NCBI GenBank assembly: GCA_045545475.1
Contig: JAZQAZ010000044.1
Location: forward strand, 1 to 64,000
DNA: 64,000 nucleotides
Direction: 5' to 3'
Source of the DNA: Clostridia bacterium
GTDB lineage: Bacteria > Bacillota > Clostridia > CAKSNL01 > HGM11501
Part shown: positions 48,416-58,778 of the stretch, one piece after another
Numbering within the stretch: position 1 is the stretch's first letter
Layout of the letters: each line of letters opens with the position of its first letter
Translations under genes and position numbers: made by a program
Notes under the pieces: model-generated
Seen by the model: only the letters and a program-made list of their open reading frames with translations
What the model was told of the DNA's origin: nothing
Database searches by the model: none

Positions 48416-49871
48416 TTGTTTCCTCCACATTTGCCTTTTTTGCAGGTTTAATCAATGCCAATATAGTCTTTATCAATTCTTTAGTTTCTTTATTGATAAT
48501 AATCGCCGCCACGGCAAGAAGTGATATTGATAATAAAATATCAGAGTAAAGCGATGTCTTGAAAAGTGCAATAACTGCACATACAATACTTACCAATATA
48601 AGCATAATCGCTTTAGCTTCACTTTGGCCTGTATTGTAAAGTCTTAATCCGATTATGGTCCTGTACGCTCTACTAACTCCAATACTTGCAAGAGAAGATA
48701 TTCCAACACCAACAAGTCCGAGTTTCGGTATAAGTAAATAGCAAAGAGCTACCGATGTTATAACCTGAAGAATTGGCCCTATAATAAGATGACCTGTTTT
48801 TTTCTTTATGTTTATTCCGACGGAGTATATCGTAGAAAGAATATTAAAGCATGCAGCGAGCAACATTGCCGGTGCTATAACATATACCGAAAAATAGCTT
48901 TCATCAAGTATGAGAACAAGCCATCTTCTAAGCAGTATACATAACGCTGTTCCAATAGCAAGAATCATCGTACCTGCCAAGCCAAAAGTATGAAGTATCG
49001 GCTTGAATTTTTTTTCATTTTCACAATGCTTATATACAATGGGATTCCAGATATTTATAAGCGTATTTACAATAAGCATTATAACCGTCTGGAAAATGGA
49101 TGCAGCCGTAAAAATACTTAAGACGTCCCATCCGGCAAGCTCTCTTATGATAAGTTTTTCCATTAACGGCACAATGAGTATTATTACATTATTTACCATA
49201 TACGGAGCACCGTAGGAAAATAAATCTTTCCCTGTAATTGGCTCCGTTTCGCTGTTTTTCTTATGCGTTATCTTTTTGCAAGTAGCAACATTTATGGTGA
49301 TAGCCACAATTGCAGTGATAGCATGAGACCACAGTACCCAGTCAAATGATATTTCTTCAACATGGTAAAATAATATAACAAGAATCAGCATAAAACCTGT
49401 TTTGCCGACAAAATTACTGATAACATAATTTGTTGCATGCTCTTCCATTCTTGCGGTAAGTTGGCTGAAGCGAAAAAGAAACGAAAAAAGCAAATATACT
49501 ATAAGTCCTATAAGTGCAATTGCTGACAGTTTTTCATCAAACACAAGTTTTATAATATGCTGTCCCGGGGCGATAATAAGCAGAGTCGTAACCGCAAATA
49601 ATATTGCCGGAATTTTCAGGCATTCTGCCATATATCTTTTTTGTGTATATGGATGCTTGTAATAAAATCTCATATAAGCTGAATCATATCCAAACGACAC
49701 AAGCATAGTAACGATTGTATGGAATGTTGCAAGAAGTCCGTTCATTGCATAAACCTTCTGCGGTAAAAATCTTGTAAGAATCATTGTAGATACAAGACCC
49801 ATTACTCCCATTGTTACAGTCCCCACAAAATAAATTATTGAATTTTTTGCTGTCTTATTCAAAAAGTCCAC
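48393..49871 (-). CDS. wzx: Wzx-type oligosaccharide flippase
   Basis: About 12-14 TM segments, KNS..YF.G start, LIPKLGLVG; probable start TTG 49862. Confidence 0.8.
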   Translation of the reverse strand: MDFLNKTAKNSIIYFVGTVTMGVMGLVSTMILTRFLPQKVYAMNGLLATFHTIVTMLVSFGYDSAYMRFYYKHPYTQKRYMAECLKIPAILFAVTTLLIIAPGQHIIKLVFDEKLSAIALIGLIVYLLFSFLFRFSQLTARMEEHATNYVISNFVGKTGFMLILVILFYHVEEISFDWVLWSHAITAIVAITINVATCKKITHKKNSETEPITGKDLFSYGAPYMVNNVIILIVPLMEKLIIRELAGWDVLSIFTAASIFQTVIMLIVNTLINIWNPIVYKHCENEKKFKPILHTFGLAGTMILAIGTALCILLRRWLVLILDESYFSVYVIAPAMLLAACFNILSTIYSVGINIKKKTGHLIIGPILQVITSVALCYLLIPKLGLVGVGISSLASIGVSRAYRTIIGLRLYNTGQSEAKAIMLILVSIVCAVIALFKTSLYSDILLSISLLAVAAIIINKETKELIKTILALIKPAKKANVEETNEKNSAF

Positions 49872-49881
49872 CTTCCAAAAA

Positions 49882-50865
49882 TCATAATATAGGATAGCCG
49901 TTTATTATAAGATTGTTTCTTATATCTCTTTCTTTTAATATTTTATCATTTTCATATATTTCCACAAGACGTTTAAGATGTCCGTAGCAAGGGATAAAGC
50001 GATATTTAATTGCCCGCTTTGCCATTCCCATAAATCTTCTCAAAACACGTTTTTTATTCAGAATAATATTCTTAAACGGAATCTTAAAGCTTTTTGAAAG
50101 GCCTTTTACTATTTCGATAAAAACTCCTTCCATCTCTTCTGCCGTGTAAGAATATTCACATTCTTCCGAAAGCTTTAAGGAGAGGCAAAACTCAAAGTAC
50201 CTTTTCCATTCTTCATTAATCGGCAAATCCTTTATTATTTCAAACCTTTTTATAAAGCCTGATGCTAAAATTCCACGGTCAACCAATATAACCGTCATAA
50301 GGTCAAGTGAATTTTTGGCAAGAAGATATTTATATTCTTCTGTTTTTCCGTTTTCTCTCATTTCTTTTCCGTAATAAAGAACGTAGAAAATCCTATGAGT
50401 TAAAATATCTTTTATATCAAAGAGGTTTATGTTTTCAATTGTTATTTCAGGAAGAAACCTAATGCAATCTTCACCTACCACAGTTTTACCCATGCACCTT
50501 GCATCATATGTAATAAGCTTTCTTTCCATATGGCAAAGTGCTTCTTTTTTCACAAATGTGTTATCAATGTGGAAAAGTGCAGAGCTTTGGTCTCCAAAAA
50601 TAGTTTTTTCCGCTTCCTTACATATTTTCTCATATTCTGAAAAGCCGGTAAACCCTTCGGGATATACGGTAAAATACTCTATATCGCTGAGCATTTTTAC
50701 CACTTCGCCCTCTTCTGTCCATGTCGCCTCTCCTCTTGACAGGCTTCCGAGCAAAATGACAGAAAGCATTCCTTCAAAATGTTCTTTATTATATTTTTCT
50801 ATTGCCTCAAAATAACTGTCTATCTTCTCTTCAAGTGCCACATTCTCCTTACGGAAATATTTCAT
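49882..50865 (-). CDS. Pol-beta-superfamily nucleotidyltransferase-like protein
   Basis: SVILLGSLSRGE...SDIEY matches the hG[GS]..RG..SD.[DE] motif. Confidence 0.6.
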   Translation of the reverse strand: MKYFRKENVALEEKIDSYFEAIEKYNKEHFEGMLSVILLGSLSRGEATWTEEGEVVKMLSDIEYFTVYPEGFTGFSEYEKICKEAEKTIFGDQSSALFHIDNTFVKKEALCHMERKLITYDARCMGKTVVGEDCIRFLPEITIENINLFDIKDILTHRIFYVLYYGKEMRENGKTEEYKYLLAKNSLDLMTVILVDRGILASGFIKRFEIIKDLPINEEWKRYFEFCLSLKLSEECEYSYTAEEMEGVFIEIVKGLSKSFKIPFKNIILNKKRVLRRFMGMAKRAIKYRFIPCYGHLKRLVEIYENDKILKERDIRNNLIINGYPIL

Positions 50866-50866
50866 A

Positions 50867-51988
50867 CTATTCTCCGCCTTTCATAACCTCTGTTATCAGC
50901 TTATTGGCAGCTTTATAGTCATACAAGTCATTGAGTTTTCTTCTTTTTCCACTTAAGATGATACATGCCATCTGATCCTTTGCCTCACGTTCGGGCCAGA
51001 ATCCGTGCATTCCGGACCCGTCACCGCTACCCTTTTTTATGCTTTTACCAAACCAGTTATCTGCAAAAACATTACCCTCACGAAGAATATATATATAATC
51101 TCCAAACAGGCGATTTGTAACGCCGTAAAACTCACGCTCTTCCTCTGTAAGCAAATGTCCTTCCTCTTTTGTTTTAAGGTAGTCTTCTATATTCGAAGAA
51201 AGATTCTCATCCTTTGCCCAGATGCACATAACCGCTGTATCGCAATAAGCAATATATGTTTTTTCATTCTGCCTTCCAAAATGCTTTTCAAGCTCCAAAT
51301 CAATTTTCTTTTTCACGGTGCTCATTCCGTGGTCAGAAACAATTAGTATTTCCTCATCGGGATTTTTTTCTTTATAAATATCTATTACCGAAAAAAGTTT
51401 TTCCATATACGGACGAAGTCTTTCTGAATAAAGCTCTCCTCTTCTGCACTTATGTCCTAACATATCCGCAAATCCGAAAACAGCAAAAATGTTTTTATCG
51501 GTATAGACAGCTTTTTCAAGCATCAAAACAGTTTCTTCAAAACTTTTGTGCCCTTCATCCTGAGACACAACCGTGTACCCGTCAAATATCGGCTCACTTC
51601 TGTAGGTCTCTTCTTTCCAGAAAAGATATTTTCCCTTCTGCGAAAAATGCTTTCTTAACTTAAAAGGTATGTTTGCAAAGGTGTTTCTCCTGTATATTTT
51701 TCTGTCCAATACCTTTTTCGCCAAAACCCCAAAAATGCCAATGTTTTCGAAAGGAGATAAAAGTGCCGATAAAAACCTTACACTTTTTCTTTTTTCATCC
51801 TCCTTCACCCAGTCAACCATAACTCCGCGTTCATCGGGATATTTATTGCAGTAAAGCTGCCAATGAAGACTTGAGCTGTATGCAATATTAGGCACAAGCT
51901 CCGCTATCTGCATTGACGAAAGCTCTTCTTTATAATTTTCTTTCATTTCATTAAAGGGAAGCGCATCAATAAAAATACTTAAAGGCAT
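50867..51988 (-). CDS. Alkaline phosphatase superfamily / nucleotide pyrophosphatase-like protein
   Basis: FIDA, D..GH (ADMLGH), VSDHGM, GMHG metal ligands; no signal peptide. Confidence 0.8.
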   Translation of the reverse strand: MPLSIFIDALPFNEMKENYKEELSSMQIAELVPNIAYSSSLHWQLYCNKYPDERGVMVDWVKEDEKRKSVRFLSALLSPFENIGIFGVLAKKVLDRKIYRRNTFANIPFKLRKHFSQKGKYLFWKEETYRSEPIFDGYTVVSQDEGHKSFEETVLMLEKAVYTDKNIFAVFGFADMLGHKCRRGELYSERLRPYMEKLFSVIDIYKEKNPDEEILIVSDHGMSTVKKKIDLELEKHFGRQNEKTYIAYCDTAVMCIWAKDENLSSNIEDYLKTKEEGHLLTEEEREFYGVTNRLFGDYIYILREGNVFADNWFGKSIKKGSGDGSGMHGFWPEREAKDQMACIILSGKRRKLNDLYDYKAANKLITEVMKGGE

Positions 51989-52006
51989 ATTTTTTCTCCT
52001 TTATAA

Positions 52007-53221
52007 TCACAGTGCTTTTCTCAAGGTATATATAAGCATCAACATAAACAATCCCAACGATCCTAAAATCACCGTCGCTTTCCTGTTGCTTGTTTTTTCC
52101 ACATCAAAATAAAAGGCACAATTTATAATTTCCAGCGGAATCAGGAAAAGATAATGCCTGAATACACCAAGAGACAAGCTTATAACAGCGGAATACATTA
52201 TCATACTGAGTATCCAGAATAATGTATTGTGCTTTTTACCGAATATATAAAGAAAGTTCGCAATCGCAACAGGATATATGCTTATGTTCGCGTGTGCAAG
52301 AACATTATGCCACCAGCTCAAAGAGCTTTCAGTAAATAGATTCATTTTTATCGGCTGGAGATTTGCAAAGAATATTGCAAAAGGCAGTTTGTAAATATCT
52401 GTTATTCCATGCACTGTGAGTGCTGCAACACCGCCGTCACTTGTAGCTTCTCCGCCGTAATCTTCGAGCTTCATCTCAAAGGAAGACATAATCGCTCTGC
52501 CGAAAACCGCCATAACGCCAACAGCCAGAAGTATGCTTAAGATTGCTGCCGAATATCGTTTTTCTCTTATAAACTTCATCAAAAAGAAGCCAAAGAAAAA
52601 CACAACCAAAAGCTCTGTTACAGCTCCTCTGGAATAGTATACTCCGGTCATCAGTGCCGCACAAATGATTGTTCTGGTAATCCCGACTTTCTCACCTTTC
52701 TGAAGTGACACAAACACATCAAAAGCATAAAATACGCCAAACATTATAAATATGTCCTTTAAGGGAAAGCAACAGGTGATTACAGTTACCGGCAAAAAAG
52801 CCATCATTTTCGCTGCCAGAAGTGCCGTTTTATTATTACCTGATATATTATAAGTAAGATTAAATATAACCCCGATTGTAAGTGTGGATAAAATAATATT
52901 TATTACTCTTCCCGCATAAACCCAACGAAACATATACGCCACTATACTTACTACCCAAGGCCAAAAAGGAGCGATATATCCATCAGAAATATCCGCAAGT
53001 TTCTGAATATCAATAACAGATGAGGCATAGTCCATATAATATGCTGCCGTCTCCTCATACTTTATGTCGTCTTTCAGGAAGTACGGCTCCGTAAAGCTTG
53101 TAGCGATAAAAAGCATAAATATAAGCAGCAGCAATCTTATTAAAAAGCCATACAGCATAATCTTCCTGCAACCATCAATGTCTTTCGCCAAAGTAACAGG
53201 ATTTAATGTTTTTTCAGTCAT
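52007..53221 (-). CDS. Wzy-like polymerase / GT-C membrane protein
   Basis: About 10-11 TM segments, DD..YE loop, position within the glycan locus. Confidence 0.55.
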   Translation of the reverse strand: MTEKTLNPVTLAKDIDGCRKIMLYGFLIRLLLLIFMLFIATSFTEPYFLKDDIKYEETAAYYMDYASSVIDIQKLADISDGYIAPFWPWVVSIVAYMFRWVYAGRVINIILSTLTIGVIFNLTYNISGNNKTALLAAKMMAFLPVTVITCCFPLKDIFIMFGVFYAFDVFVSLQKGEKVGITRTIICAALMTGVYYSRGAVTELLVVFFFGFFLMKFIREKRYSAAILSILLAVGVMAVFGRAIMSSFEMKLEDYGGEATSDGGVAALTVHGITDIYKLPFAIFFANLQPIKMNLFTESSLSWWHNVLAHANISIYPVAIANFLYIFGKKHNTLFWILSMIMYSAVISLSLGVFRHYLFLIPLEIINCAFYFDVEKTSNRKATVILGSLGLFMLMLIYTLRKAL

Positions 53222-54330
53222 TTTTTACATTCCCTTATACAATCAAGATAGTACTTCTCCAATTTCTCAGCTTCAGCGTTTATATCATAACCCGCTTTCA
53301 CAACATCGTCATGAGCAACTTCCGAATGTCCTTTTTTTGCCAGTTCCAACGATTTTTCCGCCCACGCTCTATCTGTTTCATCAAGCGATATGAATTCCAC
53401 GCAAGCACTAACCTTAACAAGTGGTGTCACAGTATCTGCCGAAAGGGCGTAAAGACCGTTACACTGCGTTTCTATTAAAGTAAAAGGCAAGCCCTCATGA
53501 GTGCTGGGAAACACGAAAACATCGAAAGCATTAAGCAGTTCGTGAACATCATCCCTGATTCCCAAAAGCCTCACAGCATCGGAAATCCCGAGTTCTTTCG
53601 CTCTTTTTATTATAGCTTTTTCTTTTTCTCCGCGTCCCACCATGTAGAGTAAGGCATCAGGTCTTATCTTTTTTATTTCCGCAAAAATCTCCACTAAGCG
53701 AAGCTGATTCTTCTGGTCGCACAGTCTTCCAACATGGCCAACAGCCAGTGTTTCATCCGAAATCCCCAAATCATTTCTGACCCTTTTCCTTATTTCGGGC
53801 GAAAATTTGAACTTGTTTCCATCTATGGCATTATTATGAATCTTAACTTTGCCTTTTTCATAAGACTTTGTACCCCAAAGCCACTTTGCCGCATCAACGC
53901 CGCATCCCGCAAGATGAGTAGAAAGACTTTTACATATCACAGTGCACACTTTTCTCAAAAGCTTTCTACCTTTACCTTCCGGCTCAAATGCGATATGAGC
54001 GTGGCTCATTCTGCACTTAATACCGCACATTTTAGCACAGAAAAGTGCAACCATTCCCCGATATCCAAGATGTACGTGTACCGCATCGTATTTGTTCTCT
54101 GTCATAATTTTCTTAAGGGCTTTATAATACTTTATAACGCCTGCGCTCTGCCTTTTAACTTTATATATATTACAACCCAGGTCTTTTATGGGCTGTTCCA
54201 GCACCCCCACCTTATTATTGTCAACACATACAAAATCAAAGTTTATGTCCTTTATTCTGCTGCAATAATTAAGAAGATATCTGTCTATACCTCCGCCGTC
54301 AAGGTCAACGCAGATTTCAAGTATTTTCAT
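53218..54330 (-). CDS. Glycosyltransferase family 4 (EpsF-like)
   Basis: GGID, HVGRL..QKNQ, FPS..EGLP...IETQ. Confidence 0.9.
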   Translation of the reverse strand: MKILEICVDLDGGGIDRYLLNYCSRIKDINFDFVCVDNNKVGVLEQPIKDLGCNIYKVKRQSAGVIKYYKALKKIMTENKYDAVHVHLGYRGMVALFCAKMCGIKCRMSHAHIAFEPEGKGRKLLRKVCTVICKSLSTHLAGCGVDAAKWLWGTKSYEKGKVKIHNNAIDGNKFKFSPEIRKRVRNDLGISDETLAVGHVGRLCDQKNQLRLVEIFAEIKKIRPDALLYMVGRGEKEKAIIKRAKELGISDAVRLLGIRDDVHELLNAFDVFVFPSTHEGLPFTLIETQCNGLYALSADTVTPLVKVSACVEFISLDETDRAWAEKSLELAKKGHSEVAHDDVVKAGYDINAEAEKLEKYYLDCIRECKK

Positions 54331-54351
54331 TTTGTCGCCCCCTTAGAAAAT

Positions 54352-55545
54352 TCATTTACATTTTTTGTATAATTCAATATATTTCATATACTGTGCGTTT
54401 TTCTCGTATTTTTCCGCATTACTTCTTGTATTTTTATACTCTTTTGAAAGCACTTCTTTTATACATTTAATAATACATTCTGCCGTAAGCTCTTCCGCCA
54501 CTATTCCGCCGTCGGGTGTCACAACTTCGGGAACTGCCGTACAGTTCGATGTCACAACAGGTGTTCCGCAAGCCATAGCTTCAACCGTTGTAAGTCCCAT
54601 AGTTTCAGCCCTTCCGAGATTCAAAAATACGTCAGATGCAGTATAAATTTCTGCCAGTTCCTCAATGCTGTTTGTCCTCGGAATCTTCAATATACTATCC
54701 GGCAATTTTTTCCCAAATTCGGGAGTAATGCCAACCAGCACCACTTTGTATGAATCATCAAGTTGTTGTGATAACTCCGAAAACAGTTTAAGCCCCTTCC
54801 CCTCTGACCATGCTGTTGCCACGCCAAGGATTATCTTTTTATCTTTAAGATTATATTTTTCCCTGAAATCCCCTGCCGTAGGCTTAAATGTTTCAAGGTT
54901 CACTCCGTTAGGAATGGCAATAACTTCATATTTTCTGAGGAAAGATGCCCTTACCTGGCTTGCCAGCCATTCAGACGGGGTAACGATAGTCAGGTTTTCA
55001 AGAGAAGTAAAAAGTTCTTTTTTCTTTTTATAGTTTTTCTTTGAATTGTCAAAAATCAAACTTCCGGGGTACGCCTTTTTCTTAGGGCAGCTAAAGCACC
55101 CGGTCTTCCATCTTTCACAGCCTTTAGTTACATAATGAGAGCAATGCCCCGTAAACGCCCAACAATCATGCAGTGTCCAGATTACAGGCTTTTTACTTTC
55201 TTTAAGATACTTAAATAAGATTTCAACATTTACATAATAACCGTGAAGATTGTGAAGATGAATTATATCGGGATCGTATTCCTTAATCTTTGAAATAAAT
55301 TCCTTTGTTGCCTTTTTTGAGTTAAAACCTGCATTGTCAAAAATTCTTGTCAGGAATGCATCTGTCTTAACCGACGTGTTGTTTCCGATACGGTAAGATA
55401 TTTCTTTGTACTTATCAGGAACATTCTCTCTTCCGTAAGCAACCATGCAGCTATGCCCTTCACTCCGGAGAACATCCGCAATATCAGTGCATATTCTGCC
55501 TGTACTTCTTATTCCGCAAACAGAATTTATTTCAAGAACTTTCAT
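54352..55545 (-). CDS. Glycosyltransferase family 4 (WcaC-like)
   Basis: STGRI, HLHNLHG, WTLHDCWAFTGHC, ETMGLTTVEAMACGTP. Confidence 0.9.
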   Translation of the reverse strand: MKVLEINSVCGIRSTGRICTDIADVLRSEGHSCMVAYGRENVPDKYKEISYRIGNNTSVKTDAFLTRIFDNAGFNSKKATKEFISKIKEYDPDIIHLHNLHGYYVNVEILFKYLKESKKPVIWTLHDCWAFTGHCSHYVTKGCERWKTGCFSCPKKKAYPGSLIFDNSKKNYKKKKELFTSLENLTIVTPSEWLASQVRASFLRKYEVIAIPNGVNLETFKPTAGDFREKYNLKDKKIILGVATAWSEGKGLKLFSELSQQLDDSYKVVLVGITPEFGKKLPDSILKIPRTNSIEELAEIYTASDVFLNLGRAETMGLTTVEAMACGTPVVTSNCTAVPEVVTPDGGIVAEELTAECIIKCIKEVLSKEYKNTRSNAEKYEKNAQYMKYIELYKKCK

Positions 55546-56771
55546 CTTGTCACAACTTCCTTTTCTTCTATGTGTTCACATATAATTTCCGCTCCACGCT
55601 TAGCGGTATAATTTTCTTTAAGACAGGAAAGCCCCTTTGCTCCCATTTCAGCAAGGTTTGCTCCAATGGCCTTATCAACAGCATCTGTAAAAGCCTCAAC
55701 GCTGTTACTTTCGCAAGACCATCCGAAACCGCCCTCTTCAATAACCTTTCCCACATCAGTATTTGGGTCGGTGCAGGATAAAACAGGCATGCTGCTTTGC
55801 ATATAGCTAAGTAGTCTTGACGGAAAATTCGGAATTGTAAAGCGGTGATCAAGGAAAATAAGACCTATATCAAAGGCTTTTACAAATACCTCATATTCCT
55901 CCTTTGGAAGTCCATTAAGAAGAAGCACATTGGAAGGCTTTTCAGCTTCCACATAAGCTTTAAGCTTAGGATATTCCGTCCCCTTCCCGCAGATAACGAA
56001 GAACCTGTCTTCCTTTCCGGCATTTGCCTTAAGGCATTTTATAATAAACGGAATTCCCTGAGGACGGCCGAGATTTCCGCCGTAAATAAAGGTTACCGCA
56101 TTTTCAGGAATATTATATTTTGCCTTAATTTCCTCTATCTTCTCTTTATCTCTTATAACTTCCTGAACCTGGATACTATTGGGATTAATATGTATTTTTG
56201 ATTCATCAAGTCCGGGATTATGCTTTATTAAATACTCTCTGTTTGCCTCACTCATGCATCCGATAAAATCGGATACAGCGTAAAGTTTTTCTTCTTTTTT
56301 ACGGAACATTTTATATATTACCGACTTAGGTCCGGTCTTCGTCATCATTCCGATGTCAACGGCATTCTGCGGAAAAATGTCCTTCAAAAGAAGATAGCTT
56401 TTCGCATTATCTCTTTTCTTAATGAATTCCACAGTCTTAACCTGCGTTACAGGAGGAGTGGGATATAAAACAAGATCAAATTTCACATCCGAAAAATACT
56501 TCTTAATTGCCGCTATATACTGATAGGGCAACATAAGATTTGAAATTCCCTTTTCGATGATGTTTGTATTTTTATTATTTCCCACCTTTACACGAAGAAC
56601 CTTGCAACCCGCCTCTTCAGAAAGGGTGGTTGGCTTTTTTGTACTACGCTGATTAGAACCAACAGCATACACCTTGTGTCCCATCGCTGTAAGTTCGTGT
56701 ATAAGATCCAAGGATATTGAATGACTTTCCATGTTCGGAAGTCCGCTTATAGATACAAAAAGTATGTTCAT
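55542..56771 (-). CDS. Glycosyltransferase family 4 (WbuB-like L-FucNAc transferase)
   Basis: YPTPP, KDIFPQNAVD, YGGNLG.PQG, PNFPSRLLSYM; locus encodes fnlABC. Confidence 0.82.
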   Translation of the reverse strand: MNILFVSISGLPNMESHSISLDLIHELTAMGHKVYAVGSNQRSTKKPTTLSEEAGCKVLRVKVGNNKNTNIIEKGISNLMLPYQYIAAIKKYFSDVKFDLVLYPTPPVTQVKTVEFIKKRDNAKSYLLLKDIFPQNAVDIGMMTKTGPKSVIYKMFRKKEEKLYAVSDFIGCMSEANREYLIKHNPGLDESKIHINPNSIQVQEVIRDKEKIEEIKAKYNIPENAVTFIYGGNLGRPQGIPFIIKCLKANAGKEDRFFVICGKGTEYPKLKAYVEAEKPSNVLLLNGLPKEEYEVFVKAFDIGLIFLDHRFTIPNFPSRLLSYMQSSMPVLSCTDPNTDVGKVIEEGGFGWSCESNSVEAFTDAVDKAIGANLAEMGAKGLSCLKENYTAKRGAEIICEHIEEKEVVTR

Positions 56772-56785
56772 TTTTCTTCTCCGTT

Positions 56786-58018
56786 TTAATATATAAGTTC
56801 AGTTACAAGATCGTGGCGTATAAGGTCTTCACCCGATTCGCTTATTGCTCTCACCCTATTTATCGCCTGTTCGTGCTTTTCACGAAGTTCAGAAAGCGTG
56901 TCCGCCTGCACTGTAAAGCTTCCTATTCTGTCCCCGGAACAGGTGATGTCCTTGAAAATACGACCTTTTGCCGAAAAGATATAATACTCAGTAATTATGC
57001 CTTCAGCCTTAAGCTCCTCGAAGCCTTCCGCATGGCTGAATGTTCCGCTCTTACAATATAAAAATGTATTTGTTATATACTTGCTTTCGGACTTCAATTC
57101 TCCTACGTGGGGCTTTTTGCCCTCGGTAAGGTCTACAACAGCCTTTATTACATCAAAGCCACTTGCCTTTTTTATAAGTCTGAATTTTATACTTCCACCC
57201 GTTCTTGCACAAAACTCCAGAACCGAAATACGCTTACCGTCAGAAATCATCTGTATCAACATCGGGGAATCCTTGAGCTTGAATCCGTCGGCGATTTTCT
57301 GTGCCGTGTCCGCTATCTGTGCTTTAATATCTTCCGATATGGGTGCCGGATTTTTTGTTCTATATATAACAAATCTGTCCTTATCAGCAATTTTATCGCT
57401 TATGGATGTGGTAAGAACGTGTGCTTTTCCATTTTCAACATACACGTCAACGGTAAGTTCCTCACCCTCGCAAAACTCTTCCACTATGGCAGTTTTTGTG
57501 CGGCTTATATCCACCGCTTCGGAAAATGCTTTTTCAGCCTCATCAAGGTTAAGTACCTTTCTTACCCCTCTTGAACTATAGGAATCAACAGGCTTTACAA
57601 CCAGCGGGAATATAAAATCCTTAATTTTTTCTGCCTCAAATTCGCCCATAATTATATGTTTCGATGTGGGGACATTGCATTTTTCAAAAATTTCCTTCAT
57701 ATAAGTTTTATCCGACACAAGCTTTGCCGTATTATAGTCTATGTAACAAGGAAGTCCCAGTTTTTCGGATATTTTCGCTACCACAAGAAGTACCTGATCG
57801 GCACAGGCTGTCAATACATAGTCTACCTTTTCCTCCATTGCGAGCTTTTCAAGAGCAATTTCATCCATAGTTGATACGGGATAGAACTTATCCGCAAAAG
57901 GTACAGCAATAGCCTTGGGGTTCATATCCGCAAGAATTGTATAAATTCCTCGTTCTTTAAGTTCTTTGATAAGTGCTGCTTGGGCAATACCGCCTGCAAC
58001 AACAAGCGCTTTTTTCAT
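56786..58018 (-). CDS. ATP-grasp domain protein
   Basis: DKTYMK, PLVVKPVDSYSSRGV, VEEFCEG.E, LEFCARTGG. Confidence 0.85.
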   Translation of the reverse strand: MKKALVVAGGIAQAALIKELKERGIYTILADMNPKAIAVPFADKFYPVSTMDEIALEKLAMEEKVDYVLTACADQVLLVVAKISEKLGLPCYIDYNTAKLVSDKTYMKEIFEKCNVPTSKHIIMGEFEAEKIKDFIFPLVVKPVDSYSSRGVRKVLNLDEAEKAFSEAVDISRTKTAIVEEFCEGEELTVDVYVENGKAHVLTTSISDKIADKDRFVIYRTKNPAPISEDIKAQIADTAQKIADGFKLKDSPMLIQMISDGKRISVLEFCARTGGSIKFRLIKKASGFDVIKAVVDLTEGKKPHVGELKSESKYITNTFLYCKSGTFSHAEGFEELKAEGIITEYYIFSAKGRIFKDITCSGDRIGSFTVQADTLSELREKHEQAINRVRAISESGEDLIRHDLVTELIY

Positions 58019-58755
58019 TTTTTCTGCTCCTCTTTAGCTTTTTCCTGATCCTTTAATATCTGACTTCTTGTTCTGGTTTCATTTAAGTTTTCTCCGTTAA
58101 ATTTAACACGGTCAGAATTAGTTCTCATTTCACTTTTCGAAAACACAACCGCAAAAGTTTTAAGCACCATTTTCACGTCCAGCCAGAAGCTCACATTTTC
58201 AACATAATAAATATCGTTTTCAAACTGTGCATTCCATGTCCAGGACGCTGAAGTAAGTTTGCTTCCCTTATTTAAGTTCCAGCAAGCCAAACCCGGCCTT
58301 ACATAATGACGATATTTGTGTCTTTCGTTGTAAAGCGGGAGATAATCTTTCATCAAGGGCCTGGGACCGATTATAGACATTGTACCATTAAATACATTAA
58401 AAAGTCCGGCAAGTTCGTCAAGCGATGTTCTTCTCAAAATTCGTCCGAATTTCGTTATTCTTTTACTCGGATGCAGAAGCACCCCATCTTCATTTCTCTC
58501 GTTTGTCATAGATCTGAATTTATACATATTGAATATTTTCCCGTCCTTACCGGGTCTATGGTCTATGTAAAAAACAGGAGCACCGTGATAAATAAGCTCA
58601 AGTATGCAAATCACGATAAGCACAGGACTTAACACAAGTATCGCCATACCGCTTAACACAATATCAAGAAAACGCTTAAAATATTTTGAATAAAAACTAT
58701 TTTTAGGGGTAGGAATATCCGTTCTAATTTCCGGAAGTTCTTTAACATTGTCCAT
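58015..58755 (-). CDS. Priming phosphoglycosyltransferase (PglC-like sugar transferase)
   Basis: KRFLDI, KFRSM, RRTSLDEL, MSIIGPRP, VRPGL. Confidence 0.9.
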   Translation of the reverse strand: MDNVKELPEIRTDIPTPKNSFYSKYFKRFLDIVLSGMAILVLSPVLIVICILELIYHGAPVFYIDHRPGKDGKIFNMYKFRSMTNERNEDGVLLHPSKRITKFGRILRRTSLDELAGLFNVFNGTMSIIGPRPLMKDYLPLYNERHKYRHYVRPGLACWNLNKGSKLTSASWTWNAQFENDIYYVENVSFWLDVKMVLKTFAVVFSKSEMRTNSDRVKFNGENLNETRTRSQILKDQEKAKEEQKK

Positions 58756-58778
58756 TTAATTCACCTCTAATATATTAA

